Positions 51,423 through 63,724 of a DNA stretch of 64,000 bases are shown here, piece by piece. The position numbers and the translations under genes were made by a program. The stretch comes from Octopus sinensis. Taxonomy: Eukaryota. The notes beneath the pieces were generated by a model, which saw nothing but the letters and a program-made list of their open reading frames with translations, did no database searches and was not told the origin of the DNA. The stretch is taken from the NCBI RefSeq assembly GCF_006345805.1, contig NC_043000.1, forward strand, positions 45,384,001-45,448,000, given 5' to 3'. How positions within the stretch are numbered: the stretch's first letter is position 1; the number at the start of each line of letters is the position of its first letter.

Positions 51423-51423
<1 letters not shown>
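51298..51423. repeat. perfect 57-bp-arm hairpin with truncated hammerhead motif
   Basis: Arms 51298-51354 and 51367-51423, 12-nt loop; right end abuts (TA)n. Confidence 0.9.
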
Positions 51424-51459
<36 letters not shown>

Positions 51460-51460
<1 letters not shown>

Positions 51461-51640
51461 TCATAATAATCATCATTGTTTAACATCCATTTTCCAGGCT
51501 GGCATGGGTTAGACAGTTTGGGTCTGGTAAGCCAGAGAGTTGTACCAGGTTCCAGTCTGATTTGGCTTGGTTTCTGCAGCTAGATGCCCTTCCTAATGCT
51601 AACCCCTCCAAGAATGTAATGGATGCTTTTTACTCCCTTA
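51460..51640 (-). mobile_element. RTE 3' end fragment (family B)
   Basis: gatgcccttcctaatgc; catgggttagacag. Confidence 0.7.
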
Positions 51641-51862
51641 GAATGGTTGGCATTAAAAAGGGCACCTGGCCACAGAATATGACTCAACTAATTCTGACAA
51701 CACCAAATGAGCATGGGTATGCGAACATTAAACTGATAATGATGATGGTGGTGATAAATATTAATGTGTATATATGTGTATATGTGTATGTATATTTATG
51801 CATTAGAGGTATATATTCTGGATGTGTTAGGTGTGCACTGCACACCAATCATGAATGGCAAA

Positions 51863-52168
51863 TCTTTATATATAAAATTGTAGTTGTGTGTGTGAGACTC
51901 TGTCTCCTCCGATTTAGATTCCTAACTACTCCCACATTTTGCGGTGCAGTTTAACCAAAAGCGGGTATCTTATAGTCGTCATTCATATTGAGCCCTTCTG
52001 GGTATTAGCGTGTGTCTATGATGAGTCTACAATTTAAAAAAAAATTACCATCATTTTTCCGCATTTTTAATGATTTTTGCTTGGGTTATATAAGGGAAGT
52101 AACTCTCTAAAAATGCTTATATAGTTATTTCCCCTACAAACCCGAGCAACTCCGGGCGATACTGCTAG
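51863..52168 (+). mobile_element. non-autonomous Helitron
   Basis: A|TCTTTATATATAAAA...cccgagcaactccggg...CTAG|T; same family as 35339-35641. Confidence 0.92.
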
Positions 52169-52352
52169 TTCATTATAAATATTAACCTTATTCATTAATT
52201 TAATCACAAATCTTAATGGAAAACTTTTGTTATACTCCTGCTTGAATTTTGGTGGCACTGAGTGTGGCAGCACACCCAATACAACAACTACCATATGCCA
52301 CTGATATGTATGTATATACACACATTCATACACACATATATATATATATACA

Positions 52353-52762
52353 GGCATAGGAGTGGCTGTGTGGTAAGTAGCTTGCTTACCAACCACATGG
52401 TTCCGGATTCAGTCCCACTGTGACACCTTGGGCAAGTGTCTTCTACTATAGCCTCAGGCCAACCAAAGCCTAGTGAGTGGATTTGGTAGATGGAAACTGA
52501 AAGAAGCCCATCGTATATATGTATATATATATATGTATGTGTGTGTGTATACATTTGTGTGTCTGTATTTGTTCCCCCAACATCGCTTGACAACTGATGC
52601 TGGTGTGTTTACGCCCCCCGTAACTTAGCGGTTTGGCAAAAGAGACGAATAGAATAAGTATTAGGCTTACAAAGAATAAGTCCTGGGGTCGATTTGTTCA
52701 ACTAAAGGTGGTGCTCCAGCATGGCTGCAGTCATATGACTGAAACAAGTAAAAGAGTAAACA
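52353..52762 (+). mobile_element. SINE family A, full length
   Basis: A box tggctgtgtggtaag, B box ggattcagtccc, CORE-like caccttgggcaagtgtcttc, tail gtaaaagagtaaa. Confidence 0.92.
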
Positions 52763-53399
52763 GAGATGCCTATATAGATGTGTGTGTAAATATATATATA
52801 TCACTAATCTTGCAGGGTTATTTGTTTATAATATATAGAATATTTGATATCATAAACATTTAGACTACACAATCATTGGAGTTAAGAAAACATTTAGTGC
52901 AATACTATATTTAAGTAGGGAAAATTGTCATGTCACTTATCCAGATTGTAATCAGATATTACAATACAGAGAAAGTTAATTAGTTGTCATGTACAACTTC
53001 TTGCTTGGATGGAAAACATTCAGTTGGCTTGTAGAAACGGTTTTGACCAAAGTTAAGGATAATTATCTGCTGAAATATTTATACAATCAGTTTCATGGAA
53101 GTAGTGTCATATTAGCAATTTAAATCATAGATGCATTGATAAAGTCATTTTTCAATTTATAATTATTCCGGTACTGGATGATATATAATATCATCATCAG
53201 ATAATAATTTAAATGGAATTAATGTAACAGTGTATGATTAAAATTCTTACTATAACACTATACTAATACAATTAACTTTTACATGAAACATAAGAAACAA
53301 AGTGAGACGGAGAAGAGCAATTGGCACACTGAAAGGTCTTTGAGCTATTATAATTATTTTCTGGAAATAGAAGATATATGGTTCAATATTTACAATATT

Positions 53400-53620
53400 T
53401 AATATTGATTTCAAATTTTGGCACAAGGCCAATTTTGGAGAGGGAATAAGTTGATTACATCACTCCCAATGTTTAAGTGGTACTTATTTTGTTGACCTTG
53501 AAGGGATGAAAGACAAAGTCGACCTCAACAGAATTTGAACTCGGAACCTAAAGATTGATGAAATGCCACTAAGCATTTTTCCTGACTTGCTTACAATTCT
53601 ACCTGCTTGCTTCCTTTACG
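53400..53620 (-). mobile_element. Deu/Nin-domain SINE (family C)
   Basis: gggatgaaagacaaagtcgacctcaacagaatttgaactc. Confidence 0.8.
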
Positions 53621-54589
53621 ATGTTTAATATTATTTACATTAAAATATTAGCAAGTAATTTAAAATACTTAAAATTTTTATGCATAATGTTAGACTGAAT
53701 TACATGCCAAATAAGTGAAACATTCAACTAAATGACTTTTATAATCATTACAAGTATATACATATGCACTATTCACATTCCATCTAGTATTTCTGGGGTT
53801 ATATTTGTACTTTTTATTTCCCTAAAAGACTCTCATTGCCTTGCTAAATCAATGACAGAAAATATTAATGCGAATGATTTCGAAATTAACTTTTGGAGGT
53901 GATACAATGTAATATAACATCTGATCATTTATAGCTCAAATAGAGAGCACCATTGATCGACTGTCACTTCAGTAATGAAAATGACTTGAAGGTAAGTTTA
54001 GTAATTGTAAAGCTTTCCGTGTTTTAAACATTTCTAATTAATCTTGGCAACAATAGCTTTGTTGATATTTATCTTCAGGTAAACCCTGATCTGCTATGAT
54101 GAATATTTTTTCAAATCATGATCATCCCAACAGTTTTTCCTGAATTATCAAGTGAAGTTTTTTTTTAAAGATAGTATTGTTAGGGGGTAGTTTAGCAGGA
54201 ACTTTCAGCAGATTAAGCTGCCTCACAAGGGCTTGCTCATTGACTAGTGTTACATTTTCTTTTAGCACTTTCAGTGTACACTGTATTCATAAATTATCCA
54301 TTGCTCCAGTTGTTCATATACATTAAGCATAAGCATTATGTTATATGGGTTGATCATTGCCATCTTTTTTATGTCCACTTTTACCTACTGGCATGAATTG
54401 TACAAAACTTTTTGAGATAGTTTTATGACCGAATGCCCTTCTTGACAGTAATCAGTTTTTGTTACCTAAATCCTTCAAATAGGTTTATTAGAAATGTAAT
54501 TCAAATAGGTATAATATATATTTTTTCTCTTTACCCTCTCATAGACTAGCTTCAGAGGCAAAAAAATATTGTTCAGTTTTACAAAATTT

Positions 54590-54900
54590 GCATCTTTGCT
54601 GTGGATAAGTCGAATGCTGCAAATTTAGGTCCTACGAAGGAAACCTTGGTCACTCCAACTGATTGCATAAATTACTTTGTGGGCAGCAAAAAGGTACTTT
54701 ATTAAGAAGTTTTTTTTAAAAAAGATTACTGATTTTGAGAATGGTTTTCTTTTGGGAATTTTACATACATTCTTTATTATATTAGCAGCTTTTCTTGTGT
54801 CTATGATAGGATTAAAATTCCCTTGTTCAGCAGTATTTGGAATCATTATTGTTGCTATCATTTTTATTGTCTCTAAGATGACTTGTTTGTGTATCTGGGA
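54590..54900 (-). mobile_element. Penelope-like RT fragment, decayed
   Basis: KVPFCCPQSNLCNQLE then VSFVGPKFAAF (Q.DGVAMGS.LGP region); shares ttgtgggcagcaaaaa with 60400. Confidence 0.55.
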
Positions 54901-55254
54901 TCCACAGTATTCTTCAGTTAATTGTTCACTAAAGTGTTGACGTTTTAAATTCATTTGTACATTTAGTAATGGGCTGTGGTTTAGCATTGCTTTTTTAGAC
55001 ATTGTTATATTGTATTATTGATTGTGATGGACATTTTAGGTGAGAAAAGGTTATATGTCCCACAAGTTGGTAAAACAAATCTCTTTTTCATTTGGTCTAC
55101 CCTCATGATATCGAGAGAAGGTTTTTCTTAGGAAATCTAGATCTTTTTACAAGTACTTCTAAAGAAAATTTCATTTGGCAATGCTTCTAAGTAGGAAGTA
55201 ATAATGACGTCTTTACACTGCAATAAACAACTATGCTAATAACTTTCTGATATA

Positions 55255-55430
55255 GGCAAAAGCTAGTAGTTCTGAGAGGAGGTGATTAGTCAATTCCATT
55301 AAGTCCTTGACTGGTACTTTATTTTGTAGACACAGAATGAAAGGCAAATTTGATCTCAATTGAATACAAAACCTCAGAATAAATACATCAAGGCATTTGT
55401 CCAATGCTCTAATGATTCTGCCAACTCACT
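55255..55430 (-). mobile_element. Deu/Nin-domain SINE (family C), degenerate
   Basis: gactggtactttattttgtagacacagaatgaaaggcaaatttgatctc. Confidence 0.65.
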
Positions 55431-55465
55431 CAACACCTACAAGATGATGATGATGATGATGATAA

Positions 55466-55740
55466 TTAGACATTGCAGTCCCTTCTGACCAAATTATTGT
55501 CCAAAAATGTAGTGGAGAAATTGTCAAAGTATGAAAACCTCAAAATTGAAGTACTCAAGATGTGGGGTATGAAGTAGAAAACAATACCACTAATAACTGG
55601 AGGACTGGGCATGATAAAAAAGCAAATGAACAAAAACGTAGAAACTATATCTAGATCCTCAACACTACACATTATCCAATGTGTAGCCCTGCTGTAGGAA
55701 CAGTCCACATCCTATGCAAGACACTATTGATTCAATAACA
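55466..55740 (+). mobile_element. R4/Dong-type LINE RLE C-terminal fragment
   Basis: LDIAVPSD...EKLSKYENLKIEVLKMWGMK.KTIPLITGGLG. Confidence 0.85.
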
Positions 55741-55849
55741 CTATCTAAACAAAACAACCTGCAAGCACAATACACACTCTAGCAAATATCAACTGCAGCC
55801 TACACCATGAATGAAGCTTGCTTCTGACAGCATAAATGACTCCTACTAC

Positions 55850-56364
55850 CTTCAGGCAAGTCCATTACATGCATAGAGCCTGTCACTCTGCTTGTTGGTA
55901 ACTGCCTCCGCAGGGAAGAGCTTCTCATCAGACCAGATCAGCACTTTGTTAGCTGCATGCTTCATCTCAGCTAACATCGTTTTACTCCTGTTGAGCCGTT
56001 TCTTCATGGGAACTGCTGAAATTAACTGCCAGGATTGTTTCTTGTATGCAGTTAGCTTTAAATCCTCTTTAAAAATTCTGTGCATTAATGATTTCAAAAT
56101 AGCAAGAGCTTTTACACTTTTTCTTGCACTCCTGTAGAGATTTCAGTTCATTTGCTTCTTCACAGCTACAACAGTTTGTTTGGTAAAATTTAATCGTTTC
56201 CTACCAGGAATTGGCTTGCTAGAGGTAGTAGCAGAATCCATATATTGTTTCCAGGCATTGAGCATTGTTTTAAGGCACACATTTAACTGTTTTGTTTATT
56301 CCTTGTTGCTCACTACCGTTGCTTTCAAAGTAACAATATGGTCACGTTTTGCTTTTGATGCCAT
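55850..56364 (-). mobile_element. Tc1/mariner superfamily (maT/DD37D-like) transposase 5' half, decayed
   Basis: MASKAKRDHIV...HRIFKEDLKLTAYKKQ...KKRLNRSK...LIWSDEKLFPAEAVTNKQSDRLYA. Confidence 0.85.
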
Positions 56365-57479
56365 GTTTGTTTACAAACCTGTTATAGATGAATGAAACAA
56401 TAGACACATGAACAAAAGACATATGCAAATCTTTATATAAATTGTAGATAATATTACCTGAGCCAATATTCTTTAGAAACAGTTTTAAACATGAGTAAAT
56501 CTTTCTGGGACACACTATTATTATATTTGCTTTATAACCACAAGATTATGTCTTCAGTCCTGTGTTGCACCAGAGCATGTCTTCTGCTATAGACTTGAAC
56601 AGTGAATGTGTTATGGGGATAATTATAATAATCATAATGGAATACCTCTCTCATGTGATGAGTGTTATGTGCTAGTCATTACAAATACTGTGACATAGGA
56701 AGTCAATTCATTATGAAGTCAGCAAAGTTGGTCATAGATAGTCATGTCTTTACTTGTCTAACTAGATATACTGCTATGCCGGAGTGGATGTTATAACAGT
56801 TCGACACAGGATTACAATGGAACGAAATCTTGTAGTGATGGGAAATGTGCAAATGCCCATCACATACACCACACACACGCACACACACACGTAAGGGCAT
56901 TGTAGTTCACTTAAAGCATTATTGTACTGAAGTAGAAAATAAAAGGAAAGAGAAATGAGATAAGCTTATCCATGTTCGCTTGGAAATTAACACAAGAAAT
57001 CTTTGTATCAAAGATGCTATATTAATCCACGGTCTCAACCAGAAAAACCAATTGTCAATTGGAGAGGGGCCAGTGGCTGCTAGAAATACATCACAGCGAT
57101 TATGACCAACATCCTAACATATGCCACTCACGCCATCTTCCACCACATCACCATGTGAAAATACATCACAACAACTATGACCAACAGTTGCTAACCCAAA
57201 TGCTGAGCAGTTTAGAATAATGAAATTATGTAAATATGCATTTCAATGACTCTTTCCTTTTGAAGATTGGTTTTGAGTCTGAAATATAAAGGTGTTTTTG
57301 TAAAACTTTCTGCTTTGTTTGAAGCTTTCTTTATTTCTCTTTATTTTCATATAAATGTAAATATACATATATATATATACAGAGAGAGAAATAAGAAAAT
57401 GGAGGGGATCAATAGGAGGTATTCATTAAGGCGGTGCGTAGCATGACCACATCTATTGAGTGAAACAAATAAAAGACTC

Positions 57480-57710
57480 ATGCACACACAAAATACATTG
57501 CTTTCAAATTTTGGCACTAGGCCAGTCATTTTAGAGCAGGAGGTAAGTTTACTACATCAACTCCAGTGCTCAACTGGTGCTTATTTTATCGACTCCAAAA
57601 ATGTCAAAAGGCAAAGTCAACCTCAGCAGAATTTGAACTCAGAATATAAAGACAGACAAAATGTCACTAAGTATGTTGCCCAGTATGGTAATGTTTCTGC
57701 CAGCTCTCTG
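57480..57710 (-). mobile_element. Deu/Nin-domain SINE (family C)
   Basis: aaggcaaagtcaacctcagcagaatttgaactcagaatataaagacagac. Confidence 0.82.
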
Positions 57711-58839
57711 TCTTACTAATACTAAATATATTATAGATGGTTTTAGTGATAATGGATTAAATTAGCAATCTGGTCTACAATGAAGTAGACAGAATGACAG
57801 TTTTTAGTAGTGAGAGAATGTCAAGTAGAAAGAGAACATCCACTAAAGTGGCCAAAGAAAAGTGATCAACTAATATACAATAGAAAATCGACAAACAGAT
57901 ACGGGACAACTACTAAATTGGCAAATTAAAAGCAATGACATCCAATGATAAAAAAAAGAAATTCGCAAATAACGAATGACAACTCAGATACAAAAAGTAA
58001 AGCAAACCAATGACAACACAGCAACTAGTAAATTAACAAATAACATAACAAAAACCATCAAAAATACCAACATTGGAAACAAAAGCAATGCAGAAAAGAA
58101 TGAGCTCACACTGAAGCATATGAAGCCAACTCAAAATTCTAAAAAAAAAAAACAAAGAAAAAAAAACAAGTTCACTTGATAATCAGATGTATAAAACTCA
58201 AATGGCAAGAAAACTAATTCAGTTAGAACTATTCACTGTTACTTCTTTTATTGTTTTTCTTTGTATTTACTGTGTAAGATTCTTAATGTGGAAACGTGTT
58301 GAAACACATGTTATTGTATCTTGGAGAGGTCATTTTTACCAATAAGAAATTCATGTTTTGTTTGACTTCTTTTCATTATTATTAGGCAACTAGTTAACCA
58401 ATTAATTAATTGACTGCTTGATTAATCATTCAATCAATCGATCAATCAGCTGATTTGTCAGAGATTTTTCATTGCCATTTGTGACCTTATCAATGACATG
58501 GCCTCATATTGCAGGTCTGATTGATTAAACAATTAATCAAGTAATTAATTAGTTAACTGGTTAATTGGTTAACACATTGACTAATAATAATAATAACTGA
58601 GTTAGAACCTGTGCATATACTTATTATTGGCAAAATCTCTCTGCCAAGATACAACTCTTAATATTTCATTGCCAAAATGTAACATTTAAATATGTATGTG
58701 TGTGTGTTGATGTTTGCAAATATATGTTTATGCATGTGTGATTAAGAAGTAGCCATATATTAATTTTTTTTATATATGTTTTGTGTGAATATTGATTTTG
58801 GTATTGTATTTCCAATATGGGTACGGCTTCCATAAGTAA

Positions 58840-60560
58840 TCTAGTTTTGTGAGGAATATTTTAGAATAAGTATTCTCCTTCAGTATTTTTCTATCTAATT
58901 TTGTAAGTGTATGGTTAACGTTTGAGGGAGCATAGTACTAGGGTTTCCAATGTAACAGTTTGAGTCCTGAAGTTTGCAATATTCAGTTTTACAGTAACAT
59001 TTATAGATAATATTAGCAATTTGTAGCTTTTTCCTGGATTTATATACTTGTAGTATGCTATTGATAAGGAGATTTTTGTCTTAGCCTTTTTGTAGTATAT
59101 CATTAGTTTAATTTAGGTTCAGGTAAGATGCAATGTGTATTATATTTTGCGAGGGTTTTGATTGTACTTTGTTTAGCCAGTTTGATAGTTTCATGCATTT
59201 GATTCATGTAATAAATTTTCTGTTTGGTTTATGTATTTTCACTTTGTGTATTATCTAAAATATTTGTCTTTACTTTGTATTTATGTCTATATTCTGCTCT
59301 AGATCAGCCTACTAGATTTTTAGAGTACTCATTGTTACTTAATGTTTGTGCATTGTTTGTGAATGAGAATATAAGTGCTTTTTTTGTGAAGTGACAGTAA
59401 ATACTCACACATCTTTTAGTTGTGTGTTCCTTTACGGGCTTCATGTAAGTAAATGCCATTGCTTGATTCTTTGATGTATACTGAGGTGATGTATATGCTT
59501 TTCAATCTGCATGCTTATGTTTAAAATCGGGTTTCACTCATATAATTCTGCATGCTAAATTTTAGTATGTAATTGTTTTCTAAGTCTTCGTTTCATTTCT
59601 CAACTTCCTTATTTCCTTATTGCCCACGAGGAGCTAAACCTAGAGGGGACAAACAAGGACAGACAAAGGGATTAAGTCGATTACATCGACCCCCAGTGCG
59701 TAACTGGAACTTAATTTATCGACCCCGAAAGGATGAAAGGCAAAGTCGACCTCGGAGGAATTTGTACTCAGAAAGTAATGGCAGATGAAATACCTATTTC
59801 TTTACTACCCACAAGGGGTTAAATACAGAGAGGACAAACAAGGACAGACAAACGGATTAAGTCGATTATATCAACCCCAGTGCGTAACTGGTACTTATTT
59901 AATCGACCCCGAAAGGATGAAAGGCAAAGTCGACCTCGGAGGAATTTAAACTCAGAAAGTAATGGCAGATGAAATACCTATTTCTTTATTACCCACAAGG
60001 AGCTAAACACAGAGAGGACAAACAAGGACAAACAAACGGATTAAGTCGATTATATCAACCCCAGTGCGTAACTAGTACTTATTTAATCGACCCCGAAAGG
60101 ATGAAAGGCAAAGTCGACCTCAGCGGAATGTGAACTTAGAAAGTAATGCCAGATGAAATACCACTAAGCATTTCGCCTGGTATACTAACGTTTCTGCCAG
60201 CTCGCCGCCTTAAAAGTTTCTCAACTTCCTTTAACGTATCCATTACAGGTAGTGTATCTTCGCAGTATCTGGTGTGCATTATGTCTTTAAGTGTTTAAGA
60301 TTTGATGTTGTTCTGTGCTTTGTTGTTGATAAGTAGAATGCCATAAATTTAGGTCATATGGTGGAACCATTGATCACAACATCTCATTGTATAAATTCCT
60401 TTGTGGGCAGCAAAAATGTACTTCAATTGTGTATATATTAAGTGTCTGTTCAATAAGATAACTGGTATTGAGAATGCCTTTATTTTTGACTTTTGACATA
60501 CATTCTCTGTTATGATTTATAATGGAACATTGGTGAACAAACTTTTTACATGTGGAAATG
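58840..60560 (-). mobile_element. Penelope-like element RT region, decayed and split by a SINE
   Basis: HVKSLFTNVP, EVHFCCPQRNLY, RYCEDTLPV and ENNYILKFS occur in the order of PLE motifs DVxSLFTNVP, RYVDDT and LKFT. Confidence 0.78.
59611..60216 (-). mobile_element. Deu/Nin SINE with triplicated ~183-bp body and 15-bp TSD
   Basis: TSD tttctcaacttcctt at 59596-59610 and 60217-60231. Confidence 0.92.
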
Positions 60561-60820
60561 GTACATTTTTTAACATCTCAACCACTCTCAAAACATCCTT
60601 TCCCCAAAACCCAAGGAAAACAAATTCAACCCCAGATTTTTCAACTAACATATATATAAAATGTATGAATTTTCTATAAAAAATATTTCATGGTGAATCA
60701 ATCAAAGGGGTGAAAGCACCAAATAAATAGTCCTTATCCAAATCCTAACTACTTCTTTTCCTAATATATAAAGCTGTACACCACCCCAAACAATGTAAAC
60801 ATATATATATATATATATAT

Positions 60821-61159
60821 CTGAGACCCCTGCCCTTCGGTCATGACACTGACCATGGGATTACACCTAGAAAGTTACCCTCCCAGGCACAAGTCCGAGC
60901 AAGGTTGTTTTTATGGAAGATCAGCAGTCATCCATGCATACCGGCCTCTCCTCACCACGCCACCAGTGTTATCCAAGGGAAAATCAAGGGCCAATACAGC
61001 TTGGCACCTGTCGCAACTCATTTCTACAGCTGGGTGAACTGAAGCAATGTGAAATAAAGTGTCTTGCACAAGAACACAACACGCATCCCGGTCCGGGATT
61101 CGAGCTCACAACCTCACGATCATAAGCTCGATGCTCTAACCATGCAGCCATGTGCCTTC
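60821..61159 (-). mobile_element. tRNA-derived CORE-like SINE (family E)
   Basis: gaaggcacatggctgcatggttagagc...gctcgaatcccgg...gtgttcttgtgcaagacactttatttcacattgcttcagttcacccagctg. Confidence 0.85.
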
Positions 61160-61187
61160 ACACACATGCACACACACACACACACAC

Positions 61188-61218
<31 letters not shown>

Positions 61219-62255
61219 GCACCTTCACATATATATATTATATCACATAGTAACATAGTATATCATTAGTTATGGCCAGTCAGAAAGTTACCATTGATTT
61301 CACAGCAGTCATTGCACTAGGTACTTCCTCAAACCTGCTGACCAGAGACAAAATACTGCTTTCCTAATGATGGTAAAAGTATAGTCTTGGTCAGAGCTAG
61401 TGTCAAGTAGTAGCAGCAACAGCAACAAGAACACACAGAAATATTTTGGACAATAGAAGACCTCATTAAGATCAGACTAAATAACTACAGGTCTTCTTTT
61501 AGGATACCAGAGTTGTTCAATTTTAAGACATTAGCCAGGTACTTATGGTATTTAAAAGAAGAGGGAAAACCATGCAGGATTATCTGGAAGCTGTTGGAAC
61601 AATCTAGGCCATATCTCGATGGAATCAAACAATGAATCTTTGCTTAGCTGAGAAGACAATGATCTGAAAATTTTCATATGATATGAGTGACTTATTGAAT
61701 TCAAAATATGAAATTTTTAGCTTGTGCCCTTATTACAGAAAAAAAAAATTATTTCAGAAATTGGGTCATCCTATCTGTGGACAAGTAAATAAAAAAAAAA
61801 CGTTAACTGACCCCTTTTGAACACAAATGAAAATATTCAAACAGTGGTATCTTTGCCCTTTCCAGAATGAATATTTTCACTTTGGAATTTCTTTCTTTTC
61901 ACCACATTTTTGCTTTCCCCATTAAATTGGAAAAGACTGTTTTTGACCACAATTAGTAAAGAGGTTATGTGCCTCTGACCAGCAGGTTTGATAAGTTGCC
62001 CATATTGCCAAGTGTATTGATAGACATGGAACCTATAGTAGCTTTCTGACTGGCCACAACCAATGATATACTACTAGCCTACATAAAATGTAATTGCTGA
62101 CTCTAAGTAATTTTAGGTGCTGCTTAGTACTTCATGTTATTAGGCTTCACCCGAAACATATTGAGGTGCTAATACGGTACCCAATGGATAATTTATCCCT
62201 ATATAGTGAGTGTATACACCCTGCCATATATATGCATGCATACATACCTACATAC

Positions 62256-62382
<127 letters not shown>

Positions 62383-62687
62383 GATGAGAAAGTTGGTTTC
62401 TGAAAGCACGTGGTTGAATATATAGAAAATAGTAAAAAGTGAAAAAACTACAGAAGGCTTGTTTTAAAAGGTTAAAAAATATATATTTGAGTCAATATGT
62501 CTGAAGTATGTTATAAATTTTTTCATACAATGACATAGTTTAGAACTAAACTATGTCATTGTATATTTATAACATTCTTCAGACATATTGACTCATATTG
62601 ACTATATATTTTTTAACCTTTTAAAACAAGCCTTCTGTAGTTTTTTCACTTTTTACTATTTTCTATATATATATACATATATATATA

Positions 62688-62722
<35 letters not shown>

Positions 62723-62725
<3 letters not shown>

Positions 62726-62992
62726 ACCGTGACCGACCAGGCCATCAGATGTTGTTACACATCGCTGGTCACAATGCGCTTCACATTGTTTTAGCCTTCA
62801 AATGACTCCACCCCGCTGGCTAAGCGAGCAGGCCAACAGAAGAAAGAGTGAGAGAAAGTTGTGGCGAAAGAGTACAGCAGGGAGCTTTAGGTGTTTTCGC
62901 TCAATAAACACTCACAACGCCCGGTCTGGGAATCGAAACCGCGATCCTATGACCGCGAGTCCCCTGCCCTAACCACTAGGCCATTGCCCTCC
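62723..62992 (-). mobile_element. SINE with family D head and a different 3' tail
   Basis: Head matches 30868-31050; tail unrelated; flanked by (TA)n. Confidence 0.85.
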
Positions 62993-62994
62993 AC

Positions 62995-63028
<34 letters not shown>

Positions 63029-63048
63029 ATATATGTATATATATGTAT

Positions 63049-63099
<51 letters not shown>

Positions 63100-63140
63100 T
63101 ATATATATATACACATACACACACACATATATATATATAT

Positions 63141-63377
63141 GGGAGGCACAAAAGTAAGTATACAGTTATGAAAATAAGAAAACACGTACAATACTCATTT
63201 ATTTTTATCAAGACATTTAAAGTTACGATGAAATTATAGTTATGATAAATGTATTATTATGATTAATGGCTCTGAAAATATCAAAACAGGCTAATTTTTA
63301 AATGTTTTGATAAAAATAAATGAGTATTTTACGTGTTTTCTTTTTGCATAACTGTTTACCTACTTCTGGCCCCCCTG
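63141..63377. mobile_element. Tc1/mariner-type MITE
   Basis: Imperfect ~70-bp TIRs gggaggcacaaaagtaagtatacagttatg / cataactgtttacctacttctggcccccc in (TA)n context. Confidence 0.8.
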
Positions 63378-63399
63378 TGTATGTATGTATATATATATA

Positions 63400-63444
<45 letters not shown>

Positions 63445-63451
63445 TATATAT

Positions 63452-63483
<32 letters not shown>

Positions 63484-63681
63484 CTAAATTAGAGATAAAA
63501 CCACTATTAGGCAAATCAAACAGTGAAAAACATAAACCAATACATAGAAATAAAATTAATTAATATAATATTCAAAATATATAAAATATAAAATTAATAT
63601 ATATATTCATACTGTAAAATTAGATTTAATCCTAAATCTAATTTTTCCCTGTAAGTTTGGATTTACTCCCTAATATTATAT

Positions 63682-63724
<43 letters not shown>

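Noticed and set aside
52353-52430. tRNA-like A/B boxes here and at 30870, 61090 and 62920
   Set aside because: SINE heads continuing into repeat bodies; no complete cloverleaf
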